In this document: positions 18,928 to 28,571 of the stretch, in pieces | Numbering within the stretch: position 1 is the stretch's first letter | Layout: each line of letters begins with the position of its first letter | DNA from: Candidatus Woesearchaeota archaeon | Lineage (GTDB): Archaea > Nanobdellota > Nanobdellia > SCGC-AAA011-G17 > PNOQ01 | Assembly (NCBI GenBank): GCA_964471565.1 | Contig: CAYYFK010000002.1 | Location: 849 to 64,848 of the forward strand | Direction: 5' to 3' | DNA length: 64,000 nucleotides | The notes under the pieces: generated by a model | What the model saw: only the letters and a program-made list of their open reading frames with translations | What the model was told of the DNA's origin: nothing | Databases searched by the model: none | Made by a program: the position numbers and the translations under genes

Positions 18928-19052
18928 ACTATCACCCCCTCTTGTTTAAAAAATCGTATAAAGTCATCATTAACAGAAGTCCAGAATTGTGCCTCGGAAT
19001 CTATTTTTTTAAATTCCTCCCAATTTACATATTTTGTTGGTCTTATAAGCAT
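18924..19052 (-). CDS. small ORF (42 aa) downstream of conserved promoter element
   Basis: MLIRPTKYVNWEEFKKIDSEAQFWTSVNDDFIRFFKQEGVIV; the track ORF (to 19115) reads through the promoter element, so the start at 19052 is preferred. Confidence 0.35.
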   Translation of the reverse strand: MLIRPTKYVNWEEFKKIDSEAQFWTSVNDDFIRFFKQEGVIV

Positions 19053-19083
19053 TTTATCACCTCTAACCAACTTATGGAACAAT

Positions 19084-19125
19084 CTATTTATATATCCTAT
19101 CCGCGTGCGTGGCAAGCTGGCAAGG
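19084..19125 (-). promoter_or_regulatory. TATA box plus upstream GC-rich direct-repeat box (copy A of a duplicated motif)
   Basis: Minus-strand CTTGCCAGCTTGCCACGCACGCGGATAGGATATATAAATAG, 37 nt upstream of the ATG at 19052; near-identical copy at 38084-38122. Confidence 0.45.
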
Positions 19126-19152
19126 AGAATTGTTACTTTAGAATTAAAACCA

Positions 19153-20559
19153 CTATTCTTTCAATTTCCATTTACCCTGGATTATAGGAATCATTTGAAC
19201 AAGTCCACCTTTGTACAAGACAGCATTTGCAGCCATCCATGAAGAAACATCGCCTTTATTATAGTCTAAAACTAATTCAGTACTTGTTCCAACAATAAAA
19301 GTATTTCTCTGTATTTCCGGGGTATGGCTATGCCCAGTAATACTTTTACCATGGGCATTTTCTCTACTTCTAATACTTCCTCTAGATCCAGAAATTCCTT
19401 TGTGTCCATGACTACCCAACTGCCAACCCCACCTTTTATAATCTGTATCTATTTTCAAAAAATTAACATTGGAAGGAATATCTCCCATCATTCTCAAGCC
19501 AACCTCAACCGGATCTTCTCCATCAATCATAGCTAGACCCAAATTCATTGCTATTTTCGTGTTCCAAGGCTCCTTAGTAAAATCTCCACTCTCTAGATAT
19601 CTATCCAAAAAGAAATGGTGGTTACAAGCAACAAGATTTACCTCCCTCTTCCCCATAAGTCTAGAAATCGTGCAAAGTTCATCATAAGCATTTGATAATT
19701 CCTCTTCAAGACTTAGTCTCCCCTTTTCCCAATTTTGGGCCCTACTCATTAAATTTTCTCTTTCATGGGGATTTACACTGTGTCCATTCAAAAAATCGTG
19801 CAAAAATAATCTATCTGGTTTGAAGAAATCTATCATTTCATAGTTGGCTTTCATAGTTTCTGGATCATCATCTCCAACATGTATGTCTCCTAAAACAAGG
19901 GCCTCAACTCCTGCCCATGCAGGTTTTCTTCCCTTATCATATTTGAGACCCATATCTATGAATTTTCCATTCTGCTGAGCCCTTATATGTCTAGCATTAT
20001 AAAAAGTATAATCAATAATCTCTACGACAACTGCCCCATACATATGGTCTCTTCTTGCAGCATCCCCCCTATGGTTACTAGGGTGGTAATTTGGATGTGT
20101 AATTACTCCGGTTGTCATCAAGAGTTTTGGTAAGTTAGCATTGCTAGCAGGAACCGCCTTCAATCTTTGTTTAGTATGTGGAAAAACTTTAGTACAATCT
20201 GTTTGAACAAACCTTTGCCTTCCTGAAGCAGGATCAACATTTTGAGGAGGAACCATCATATCGGACAACTCAATCCCCTCATTTAGTTTTTTAGTAAATC
20301 TATCATAAACATCGCTTCTTCCTCCAAAAAAAGGATGCATTGTTTCTTCGCTATTATCCATTCCAGGCATTCTTAGAATTATCATTTCCGCGCCTCTATC
20401 AGAACAGTATCTCTCTAAACCCCTTATTAATTCTTTATTCGGTGCCCCTCTAGAACTATCTCCTCTATATCTTTTAGCATGCTTTTCTGATTGAATGGCT
20501 TGAGCGGAAGTAATAACATAAATTCCCGATTTTGTTTCAGAAGAATTATTTTCGGCCAT
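19153..20559 (-). CDS. two-domain protein: unknown N-terminal domain plus C-terminal metallophosphatase-like domain
   Basis: LGDIHVGDDDPE, ACNHHFF, GSHGHKG and GHSHT motifs fit the calcineurin-like fold; Arg/His-rich and GC-richer than neighbours. Confidence 0.5.
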   Translation of the reverse strand: MAENNSSETKSGIYVITSAQAIQSEKHAKRYRGDSSRGAPNKELIRGLERYCSDRGAEMIILRMPGMDNSEETMHPFFGGRSDVYDRFTKKLNEGIELSDMMVPPQNVDPASGRQRFVQTDCTKVFPHTKQRLKAVPASNANLPKLLMTTGVITHPNYHPSNHRGDAARRDHMYGAVVVEIIDYTFYNARHIRAQQNGKFIDMGLKYDKGRKPAWAGVEALVLGDIHVGDDDPETMKANYEMIDFFKPDRLFLHDFLNGHSVNPHERENLMSRAQNWEKGRLSLEEELSNAYDELCTISRLMGKREVNLVACNHHFFLDRYLESGDFTKEPWNTKIAMNLGLAMIDGEDPVEVGLRMMGDIPSNVNFLKIDTDYKRWGWQLGSHGHKGISGSRGSIRSRENAHGKSITGHSHTPEIQRNTFIVGTSTELVLDYNKGDVSSWMAANAVLYKGGLVQMIPIIQGKWKLKE

Positions 20560-20612
20560 AAAAAAGATAGTTGTTTTTATTTTTTAAATAAATATGTAGT
20601 TCAAAATATATT

Positions 20613-21221
20613 TTAACTATACTTTTCTTTCAAACCAGAAAACCAATTCTCCAAAGTATTTGCTTTATCTTTCTCTATTCTCTCGCCAATAACCAAGCTT
20701 AAGGAATAAGGTTCTTTATTTTCAAGACTAGGAAAATCAAGATAAGTATCTTTTTGCCATCTTTTAAATATTTTATGTTTTAGAAAGTGAATTTCACCAC
20801 GAACAATAGTATTATTGGATAATAATTTCTCCAAAAGTCCGATTTCCTTAGCATATAAAAATCCTCCCTTAAATAAATTTAAATCAATCATATGGGGCCT
20901 GCCTCCTTCCACAGCTAGATTAGCAATTTCATTGCCAACATTCTCTCTTAAGTTATAATGAGTATTCATGCATTTATTGAAAGAACTATAATTGAGACTA
21001 ACTTCCAGAAAAGGAGTAATTTCCCTTTCAACAAAACTATTTATGTAATCGGGATCTCTAGATTTTTCTCTATCTGGAAAATCAACACCATTGGCTTTAA
21101 ATATAATCTCTCCACCAAAAACACTTAGTGGTAAAGTCCTTATCATCTCTTGGTATAATTTCTGAACTTCTTCCTCAGCAGTAATTATTAAATTATCCAT
21201 AAAAACAAGTAAGGGGGTCAA
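20613..21221 (-). CDS. hypothetical protein
   Basis: 202-aa ORF with no recognisable motif, directly downstream of orc1/cdc6. Confidence 0.4.
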   Translation of the reverse strand: MTPLLVFMDNLIITAEEEVQKLYQEMIRTLPLSVFGGEIIFKANGVDFPDREKSRDPDYINSFVEREITPFLEVSLNYSSFNKCMNTHYNLRENVGNEIANLAVEGGRPHMIDLNLFKGGFLYAKEIGLLEKLLSNNTIVRGEIHFLKHKIFKRWQKDTYLDFPSLENKEPYSLSLVIGERIEKDKANTLENWFSGLKEKYS

Positions 21222-21235
21222 ATATTTAAATCTTA

Positions 21236-22279
21236 TTAAAACTCACTCAACTTCTTATTATAATTAACAACTTTAGATTTTTCTCTCATTTCACCCAAAG
21301 AAATCATTTTATTTTTATCTAACTCTTCTAATTTCCTATGAAATGTCCTATATGAAACTTCTCCAGAATACAAGTCAAATAATTCCTTAACAGTCATTCC
21401 AGAATTTTCCTTAATTAAATCTAAAATTTTCCTTTCTTCATCTCCAAAATCTTCAACTTTTTTTATTTTGAAGTTATCCATCTTTTCAATTGCTTTTTCA
21501 CAATGCTCGATCAAAATTTTTCTAGAGGCTTTCATCTCAGCAATATTTCCACTTTCCCTCAACAAGAAAATCCCAGTACGAACATCCCCATTATCAAATG
21601 CTTTACTAGAAACTAACTCCAAAACCTCTTTTTCAACAGAATCAGGAACAAAAGCATAACTTGCCCTATTTTTCAAAATATCCAAGGTTTCTTCATAATT
21701 ATAAGGTTTAAACTCTAAAACATCAGAATTTAACCTAGATTTTATTCTGCTATCCAGATTAACTATCCAATCATGATCATTAGCAATCATCAAAATACAC
21801 TTTTTATAAAAATCTTCAGAAAAGTTATACAAAATATCTAAATCTTTTACTCTATCTACTTCATCTAAAACTACAACAACAGATTTTTTGTTAATAATCT
21901 CAGAAACAACTTTCATTAGCTCATCTGTTCTTTTATTATGTACCCATTTGTAATTTAGCTGTTCACAGATATCTATTAAGATTTTATAGCTAGTATCTTT
22001 TTTCCAGCAATTTACATAAACAGTAAGAATATCTTCAGTTTTTTCTTCTAATTCTCTTAAAACATGTTTTATCGCTACAGTTTTACCAATTCCAGGAGCT
22101 CCAAAAATAAATAAATTCCTTCCAGACTTTTTTTGGAATAATGGTTTTATTACATCTGCAATATAATGCTGCTGATTTTCTCTGTGAGGTATCTCTTTAG
22201 GCACATAATCGTAATCTAGAGCTTGCTCATTAATAAAAAGCGATTCATCATTATGTAGAATATCATCAAATAATCCCAT
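21236..22279 (-). CDS. cdc6: Orc1/Cdc6 replication initiator
   Basis: AAA+ Walker A FIFGAPGIGKT, Walker B VVVLDEVD, C-terminal winged helix; 347 aa. Confidence 0.85.
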   Translation of the reverse strand: MGLFDDILHNDESLFINEQALDYDYVPKEIPHRENQQHYIADVIKPLFQKKSGRNLFIFGAPGIGKTVAIKHVLRELEEKTEDILTVYVNCWKKDTSYKILIDICEQLNYKWVHNKRTDELMKVVSEIINKKSVVVVLDEVDRVKDLDILYNFSEDFYKKCILMIANDHDWIVNLDSRIKSRLNSDVLEFKPYNYEETLDILKNRASYAFVPDSVEKEVLELVSSKAFDNGDVRTGIFLLRESGNIAEMKASRKILIEHCEKAIEKMDNFKIKKVEDFGDEERKILDLIKENSGMTVKELFDLYSGEVSYRTFHRKLEELDKNKMISLGEMREKSKVVNYNKKLSEF

Positions 22280-22314
22280 AGAAAAAAGAAGAAGTAAAGA
22301 AGATATAAAGCTTA

Positions 22315-22668
22315 CTAAATTTCCTTCACACCATCCATGGTTGAAACCATCAACCTAAAACCTACACCAAGTTTCATCAAAGCAGAAACCAAAGCCATAT
22401 GTTCCTTGCCAGCTCCAGAAATAAAATTCACCCCAACTTCTCCAGAGACCATATCTTTTAGTTTTTCTTCCATTTCTTTGGCCAATTCTTCAACTTTGGA
22501 ATTAAAATTCAGAACAACTAACTCAGTTTTATCATTTACCTTGAAAGTATCTTTTCCAAAATCATTAGTTAATAAATAAATTTTATCCCACTCTTCACCA
22601 TTAATCAAACCATTAACATGCCCCCAAGTTCCCTTTCCAGTTGATAATACTGCTATTAAATCTGCCAT
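22315..22668 (-). CDS. hypothetical protein
   Basis: 117-aa ORF with Gly-rich STGKGTWGH segment; no confident family. Confidence 0.35.
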   Translation of the reverse strand: MADLIAVLSTGKGTWGHVNGLINGEEWDKIYLLTNDFGKDTFKVNDKTELVVLNFNSKVEELAKEMEEKLKDMVSGEVGVNFISGAGKEHMALVSALMKLGVGFRLMVSTMDGVKEI

Positions 22669-22704
22669 TTTAACTAAACAAATAATTAAACAATATATAA
22701 AGAT

Positions 22705-23034
22705 TTAGCTTTTCTTTGGTATAAGAATTTCTACTAATCCATCCAAGTGGGAAATTACAATTTTTTTTCGGTCTATTCCAGGTGGGAGCTCATAAGTAAA
22801 AAAACTTTTCTTCCCTTCCCCATTTTTAGCAACTACTTCAATATATCCCTTTCTAACTTTGCTAAACATTTCCTCATTAGAAAACTCGGGAAAATAAACC
22901 CCCAAACTAATAACGCCACTATTTTCAAATCCATCATGATTGGCAAGCTCATAACCTCTCATTTCTCGCATAAAACTATCATAAACTCTACGTTCGGTTC
23001 CAGCCATATCCAATTCTTTCTTACTATGTGCCAT
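22705..23034 (-). CDS. small heat shock protein (Hsp20/alpha-crystallin-like)
   Basis: C-terminal ELPPGIDRKKIVISHLDGLVEILIPKK resembles the sHSP beta-strand and IxI region; short at 109 aa. Confidence 0.45.
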   Translation of the reverse strand: MAHSKKELDMAGTERRVYDSFMREMRGYELANHDGFENSGVISLGVYFPEFSNEEMFSKVRKGYIEVVAKNGEGKKSFFTYELPPGIDRKKIVISHLDGLVEILIPKKS

Positions 23035-23113
23035 AAAAGAAGATAAGCAATTTTAATTTATAAACCTTTCACAAATCCAAAACTATTTAAATAATTATCA
23101 ATATTTCTTAGAT

Positions 23114-23569
23114 ATGCCAAAAACAATATCAAAAGATATTCCATTATCTGAAATTACCTTAAGGAGGTATGAAAAGCCTTACACAGCTTCTAAAAGAGAT
23201 TTAACAAGAAAATTGTGTTTATCTGTTGGTCTATTACAACCAGGAGATTCAAGGGACGTAATGGTGGATATACTTCAAGTATTAATGAAGAATAAAAAAG
23301 ACAAATTAGTGATGAACTCTGAAGAAATAAGAGATAAAGTGATTCAAAACAGGAAAAAATACAAACTTCCACTAAAGGGAGTAGCATCATCAAACGTAAG
23401 AAGACAACTAAAAAGATTAAAAGATATACATATTATAGAAAATGTAAAAACAGACTATAGAATAACTGAATTTGAAGAGTTACATTCTATCTTCGAAAAA
23501 AGAATAAAAAACTTCCACTTAAACAATATTCTAGAAAGAGTTGAAGAATATTTCAAAGCTTTAAAATGA
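23114..23569 (+). CDS. hypothetical winged-helix-like protein
   Basis: 151-aa basic protein; ATGA overlap with downstream methyltransferase. Confidence 0.3.
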   Translation: MPKTISKDIPLSEITLRRYEKPYTASKRDLTRKLCLSVGLLQPGDSRDVMVDILQVLMKNKKDKLVMNSEEIRDKVIQNRKKYKLPLKGVASSNVRRQLKRLKDIHIIENVKTDYRITEFEELHSIFEKRIKNFHLNNILERVEEYFKALK

Positions 23570-24084
23570 TTTACGAACCAGCAGAAGATTCCTTTCTTTT
23601 AAAAAAACAATTAAAGAATTTTATAAAAAAAGATATGAAAGTCTTAGACTTAGGAACCGGTTCCGGTATTCAAGCATTAGAAGCAAAAGCACTAGGGGCA
23701 GAAGTTTTGGCTTCAGATATTAATCAAGCATGTGTAAAACATACAAATAACTTAGGAATAAAAACAGTTCAATCAAATCTATTTGAAAATATAAAAGGAA
23801 CATTCGATATAATTATATTTAATCCACCTTACTTACCAGAAGAACCATTAGAACCAGAAGATTCAAAACTTTCAACAACAGGTGGAAAGAAAGGAAATGA
23901 AATTTTAATCAAATTCTTAAAACAAGCAAAAAATCATTTAGAGAAAAATGGAAAGATCCTAATTGTTTTCTCATCCTTAACTCCAGAGGTAGACAAACTT
24001 CTAAATGAAATGGACTACAAATTCAAAAAATTAGATGAAGAAAAAATAGACTTTGAAACACTATATGTATATTTAATTGAATAA
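23566..24084 (+). CDS. HemK/Mtq2-like N5-glutamine (release factor) methyltransferase
   Basis: DLGTGSGIQ SAM motif and NPPY catalytic motif; 172 aa like archaeal Mtq2. Confidence 0.65.
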   Translation: MIYEPAEDSFLLKKQLKNFIKKDMKVLDLGTGSGIQALEAKALGAEVLASDINQACVKHTNNLGIKTVQSNLFENIKGTFDIIIFNPPYLPEEPLEPEDSKLSTTGGKKGNEILIKFLKQAKNHLEKNGKILIVFSSLTPEVDKLLNEMDYKFKKLDEEKIDFETLYVYLIE

Positions 24085-24120
24085 ATACTTATAAACGAAT
24101 ATTTTTCTAAATCAAGCATT

Positions 24121-25125
24121 ATGTCAAGAGGACAAATTAAATTATATGCAAATAAATCTGGAGAACAATTTGCAAATAAAATTTCTGAAGAACTAAGCAT
24201 CATTTATAAGAAAAAAATACCTCTCTCTCAAATAGAAACTGACTACTTTGCAGATGGTGAAGCAAAAACAAAGATAGTAAAATCAAATGGAGACAACCCA
24301 GATGATACAGTAACCGGAAGAGATGTATATTTGGTTCAAAGCTGCTTTGATCCAACCAAAGAAAGAAGTGTTAATGATAATTTTTTAGAATTCTTAATCA
24401 CAGTAGATGCACTAAAAAGGAACGGAGCAAATAAGATAACTGCCGTTCTTCCATACCACCCTTTTTGTAGACAAGATAGATACAAGGAAAGAGAGCCATT
24501 AACATCAAGATTAATGATAAATTTAATGGAGGAGTCCGGAGTAAACAATGTAATCACTTGCGATATGCATTCAGATCAGCTTGGAGGATTTTATGAAGAG
24601 GCCAGAATAACAAATTTAAAAGCCAAAAGACTATTTTTTGAGTATTTAAGAGAAAACCATTCAGATTTCCTAGAAAATCTAACTGTAATTTCTCCAGACG
24701 TTGGAGCTTCTAAAAGGGGAGAGGATTATGCAAAAGAATTTCATTCAAGAATTGCTCAAGCTTTCAAGGTTCGTACAGAGGGGTCAGTAAATAAAATAGA
24801 TAAGTTAACTATAAAGGGAGATATAGAAGGAAACAATATATTAATCCCAGATGATATGGTAGATACTGCAGGAACATTAGAAAAATTATTCAGATATTTG
24901 GAGGATAAAAAAACATTAGATTCAATCGTCTGTTGCACACACGCATTATTGAATGATCCAGCAATAGAAAGAATAAGAAAAACAGGAGCAACATTGCTAA
25001 CAACAGATTCAATACCAAGAACAGAAGAATTTGAAGAGCAAAATCCATGGTATAGAAAAGTTTCTTTAGCTCCCTCCTTCGCACACATAATATATAGGCT
25101 TAATCACGACCAGTCCTTAAGTTAA
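24121..25125 (+). CDS. prs: ribose-phosphate pyrophosphokinase (PRPP synthetase)
   Basis: ITCDMHSDQLGGFY, VISPDVGASKR and ILIPDDMVDTAGT PRPP-binding loop. Confidence 0.8.
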   Translation: MSRGQIKLYANKSGEQFANKISEELSIIYKKKIPLSQIETDYFADGEAKTKIVKSNGDNPDDTVTGRDVYLVQSCFDPTKERSVNDNFLEFLITVDALKRNGANKITAVLPYHPFCRQDRYKEREPLTSRLMINLMEESGVNNVITCDMHSDQLGGFYEEARITNLKAKRLFFEYLRENHSDFLENLTVISPDVGASKRGEDYAKEFHSRIAQAFKVRTEGSVNKIDKLTIKGDIEGNNILIPDDMVDTAGTLEKLFRYLEDKKTLDSIVCCTHALLNDPAIERIRKTGATLLTTDSIPRTEEFEEQNPWYRKVSLAPSFAHIIYRLNHDQSLS

Positions 25126-25195
25126 TCAAAACATTTATAAATACACTAAATTCACAAGATTTAACCCATTATTACTACGTTAGTAGGAGGGAAAC

Positions 25196-25957
25196 ATGAA
25201 TAAAAAAGCAATATTAGAATCAATAAAGAAAATAAAGGAACTTTCTAAAAAGAGAAATTTTAATCAATCAATTGACTTAATTGTAAATCTTAAACAATTA
25301 GATCCAAAAAACTCAGAACAAAAAGTAGATTTATTCTTTCAATTGCCTAAAGATAAACAAAAGAAACCAAAGATTTGCGCACTTGTAGATAAAGAATTAG
25401 AAACAAAGGCCAAAATTTTTGATAAAGTTATTCTAAAAGACGATTTTCAAAAATATGCAAAAGATAAAAAATTAACAAAAAAATTAGCAGTAGAATACGA
25501 TTATTTCTTAGCTCAAGCAAATTTAATGGGAGAAATAGCTACATCTTTTGGTAAGGTTCTTGGACCAAAAGGAAAAATGCCAAATCCAAAGGCAGGATGT
25601 ATTGTTCCTCCAGTTATTCCAGCATTAGAACCAATAAAAAAGAAAATTGAATCAACAGTCAGATTTGTAATGAAAGATCAATTAGTTATGAAAGCTTCAG
25701 TAGGTTCAGAAGATATGAGCGAAGAAGACATAGTAGAAAATATTGATTTTGCATATAATACTATTTTGCATGCATTACCAAAAGAAAAGGATAATATGAA
25801 ATCTATATTCATAAAGCTTACAATGTCTCCAAGTGTCGAAGTAACTGACAAAGGACCAATATTACATTCAAAAGTTAAAGAAGTTGAAACACCTAAGGAA
25901 GAAGTAAAAGAGGTTAAGAAAGAGAAACCTAAGGAAGAAGTAGAGGACAAAAAATAA
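25196..25957 (+). CDS. rpl1: ribosomal protein L1 (uL1)
   Basis: FNQSIDLIVNLK, GKVLGPKGKMPNPK motifs; K/E-rich tail. Confidence 0.85.
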   Translation: MNKKAILESIKKIKELSKKRNFNQSIDLIVNLKQLDPKNSEQKVDLFFQLPKDKQKKPKICALVDKELETKAKIFDKVILKDDFQKYAKDKKLTKKLAVEYDYFLAQANLMGEIATSFGKVLGPKGKMPNPKAGCIVPPVIPALEPIKKKIESTVRFVMKDQLVMKASVGSEDMSEEDIVENIDFAYNTILHALPKEKDNMKSIFIKLTMSPSVEVTDKGPILHSKVKEVETPKEEVKEVKKEKPKEEVEDKK

Positions 25958-26862
25958 TGGCACATGTATCAGAAGCAAAGAAAAAAGAACTTGAACGAAT
26001 AGTTAATCTAATTAAAAAGTCCAAGAATATCGGAATAGTAGATTTGACTAATTTGCCTTCTGCACAATTTCAAAAAATAAAATCAAAATTAAAAGCAAAG
26101 ATGCAAGTTACAGTAACTAAAAAATCATTAATCAAATTAGCTTTAGAAAAAACAAAAGAAGAAAAGAAGGGAATAGAAGAACTAGAAAAAGATTTAGAAA
26201 AATGTATCCCTGCCTTACTTTTAACAGAAGAGGATGCTTTCAAATTAGCAAAGAGTTTAGATAAGAATAAAACAAATATGGCGGCAAAACCTGGACAAAT
26301 TGCTCCAAAGGACTTAATAATTCCACCAGGACCAACAAGTTTCACTCCAGGACCAATTATAGGAGAATTAGCACAAGCAGGAATTATAGCTGCAGTGGAA
26401 GATGGAAAGATAGTTGTACAACAAGAATCTACCGTTGCTAAAGAAGGAGACATATTGACAGATAAACAAACTTCTGTTTTAGATAAATTTGGAATAGAAC
26501 CAATACAAATTGGATTAAATTTGAAATCAATTTATCAAGATGGAGACATATTTAGATCAGATGTATTATCAATTAGAGAAGAAGAGTATATAGAAAATTT
26601 ACAAAACTCTGTAAGAGAAGCATTGAACCTTGCAGTTTTTGTATCATATCCTACTCAGGAAACTACTGAAATATTAATTCAGAAGGCAGAGCGAGAAGCT
26701 ATTGCCTTATCAACTAAAGTACCTGAATCTACTGAAGAAAAGGTAGAACCAGAAAAAGAGGAAACGAAGGAAGAGATAACAGAAGAGAAAAAAGAAGAAG
26801 CAACAGAAGAAACAAAGACAGATGAGAATAAAGAAAATAACAATCAGGAGGAAAGTGAATAA
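25957..26862 (+). CDS. rplP0: ribosomal protein L10 / P0 (uL10)
   Basis: N-terminal [30 protein letters not shown] and acidic stalk tail; overlaps L1 stop. Confidence 0.85.
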   Translation: MAHVSEAKKKELERIVNLIKKSKNIGIVDLTNLPSAQFQKIKSKLKAKMQVTVTKKSLIKLALEKTKEEKKGIEELEKDLEKCIPALLLTEEDAFKLAKSLDKNKTNMAAKPGQIAPKDLIIPPGPTSFTPGPIIGELAQAGIIAAVEDGKIVVQQESTVAKEGDILTDKQTSVLDKFGIEPIQIGLNLKSIYQDGDIFRSDVLSIREEEYIENLQNSVREALNLAVFVSYPTQETTEILIQKAEREAIALSTKVPESTEEKVEPEKEETKEEITEEKKEEATEETKTDENKENNNQEESE

Positions 26863-26882
26863 TAATTCACGGAGGTATCAAA

Positions 26883-27182
26883 ATGGAACTCATATATGCA
26901 GCATTACTCCTTCACAAATCAAGTAGTGAAATTAATGAAGAGAATCTAAAAAAAGTCATGGAATCAGCAGGAGCAAAAGCAGATGATGCTAAAGTTAAAG
27001 CATTAGTAGCAGCTCTTGATGGAGTAGATATAGAAAAAGCCATCAAGGAAGCCGCAGTTGTAAGTGCAGCTCCATCTTCAGAAAGTGGAGAAACAAAAGC
27101 TGAGGAAAAGAAGGAAGAAAAAGAAGAAGAAAAGAAAGATGAAGGTCAGGCAGCAGCAGGACTTGGAGCACTTTTCGGTTAA
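26883..27182 (+). CDS. rpl12: ribosomal stalk protein P1 (L12)
   Basis: [11 protein letters not shown] start, hinge, [10 protein letters not shown] tail ending GLGALFG. Confidence 0.85.
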   Translation: MELIYAALLLHKSSSEINEENLKKVMESAGAKADDAKVKALVAALDGVDIEKAIKEAAVVSAAPSSESGETKAEEKKEEKEEEKKDEGQAAAGLGALFG

Positions 27183-27225
27183 ACTTTTTTCCCTTTTTTT
27201 ATATTTTCATAATAAGTGATGCGTA

Positions 27226-28071
27226 ATGGATAAAAACCAGTCGAGAAAACTAAAAGAAGAAATTATTCAACTAAAGAGAAGTTTAAATGAATTAAATGTC
27301 CAAAAAGAGAATTGGTTTTCTAAGAAAGAGAATTTAAAAAAAGATATTTCTGGGTTGATTGGAAAGATTAAATCTCTTAAATTAAAAAAAGATCAATCTA
27401 ATGAGAATATTCAAAAATTGAAATCAGAGAGAGATAAATACAACAAAGAAGTACAAGAATTAATAAAAAAATTCCAAGAGATGGACAAACAAAAACAAAA
27501 AGTTCTCAAAGAAAAGAAGATTAATTTTAATCCATCAAATTTAATAAAAAAAATTGAAGAATTAGAATTCATGGTAGAGACAGAAGGAGTTTCTTTTGAA
27601 AAAGAAAAAGCTATTATGAAACAAATAAATCAATTCAAAAAACAGCTCAAGGATGCAGGAGATGTTCAAGCATTATTTAAAGAATTAAAAGATTTTTCTG
27701 ATAAAATAACAGAAACTAAGAAAAAAGCAGAAGAAGCACACAAAAAAGTACAAAACGAATCAAAAAAAGCAAAAAGTTATTCTGAGTTTTTTGAATTAAC
27801 AAAAAAAATTAATGACATTAGAAAAGAACAAGAACAGGCATTCAAGAAGTTTATAGAATCAAAAGAAAAATTCTCTAAAGTAAATGAACAATTAAAAGAA
27901 AAATTAAAATCGGCAAAAGAAATGGGAGAACAGATTCTTTCAAAAAATACTAAAGATACAGAAAAATTCTTACAAGAAAAAGTTAGAGAAGTTGAAGAAA
28001 AACTAAAAACAAAGAAAAAACTTACAACCGATGATCTAATGGTTTTTCAAGGTTCTCAAGATAATAAATAA
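27226..28071 (+). CDS. hypothetical K/E-rich coiled-coil protein
   Basis: 281 aa of heptad-like K/E/Q repeats; no enzymatic motif. Confidence 0.35.
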   Translation: MDKNQSRKLKEEIIQLKRSLNELNVQKENWFSKKENLKKDISGLIGKIKSLKLKKDQSNENIQKLKSERDKYNKEVQELIKKFQEMDKQKQKVLKEKKINFNPSNLIKKIEELEFMVETEGVSFEKEKAIMKQINQFKKQLKDAGDVQALFKELKDFSDKITETKKKAEEAHKKVQNESKKAKSYSEFFELTKKINDIRKEQEQAFKKFIESKEKFSKVNEQLKEKLKSAKEMGEQILSKNTKDTEKFLQEKVREVEEKLKTKKKLTTDDLMVFQGSQDNK

Positions 28072-28457
28072 GACTTCTCCACACTATGTATGCCCCATTG
28101 CTCTCCACTTCTTTCCTTTCGAAGATCCAACAGTTTTCTTATTGCTATGTCATTCCCAGTTTTTGCCTTTTCATATAATCTACTACCAGAAGGAATCAAT
28201 CTCTCAAATTCTACTAATCTTTTCTCATGAGCCACCAATTCTTCCAGTGCCTTATCTTTTATAGATCCATCTGGTAGTGATCCAACCTCTTCCTCAGACA
28301 TACCAGGGTGTTCTGGTTTTGCTAAGTATGAGTAAACTCCCTGTGAATCCAAAAGTCTAAAAAGATTTGAAAAAGCTTCTTTTTCTTGTTCAGGTGTAGA
28401 AACATCCCATACGCAAGGTTCTTCCACCCTTTTCCCATAGATTAATATTTTTTTCAT
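28056..28457 (-). CDS. hypothetical protein
   Basis: 133-aa ORF convergent with and overlapping 16 nt of the coiled-coil gene; slightly GC-richer. Confidence 0.3.
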   Translation of the reverse strand: MKKILIYGKRVEEPCVWDVSTPEQEKEAFSNLFRLLDSQGVYSYLAKPEHPGMSEEEVGSLPDGSIKDKALEELVAHEKRLVEFERLIPSGSRLYEKAKTGNDIAIRKLLDLRKERSGEQWGIHSVEKSYLLS

Positions 28458-28571
28458 CTTACCTTTGGGAATATCTAATAAAATATAAAACTTTGTATTA
28501 GTTGGGGAAATCCGCTAAAAAATAATCCAAAAACCATAAATTAAATAAACCCCTACAAAAAGGGTAGAAAG

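Noticed and set aside
19153-20559. Prophage or integrated element around the GC-richer 468-aa gene
   Set aside because: No integrase, att-like repeats or phage structural genes are nearby; only a mild composition shift in one gene.
21221-22315. Replication origin (ORB repeats) expected next to orc1/cdc6
   Set aside because: Flanking intergenic spacers are only 14 and 35 nt with no inverted or direct repeats; an origin cannot be supported from this window.
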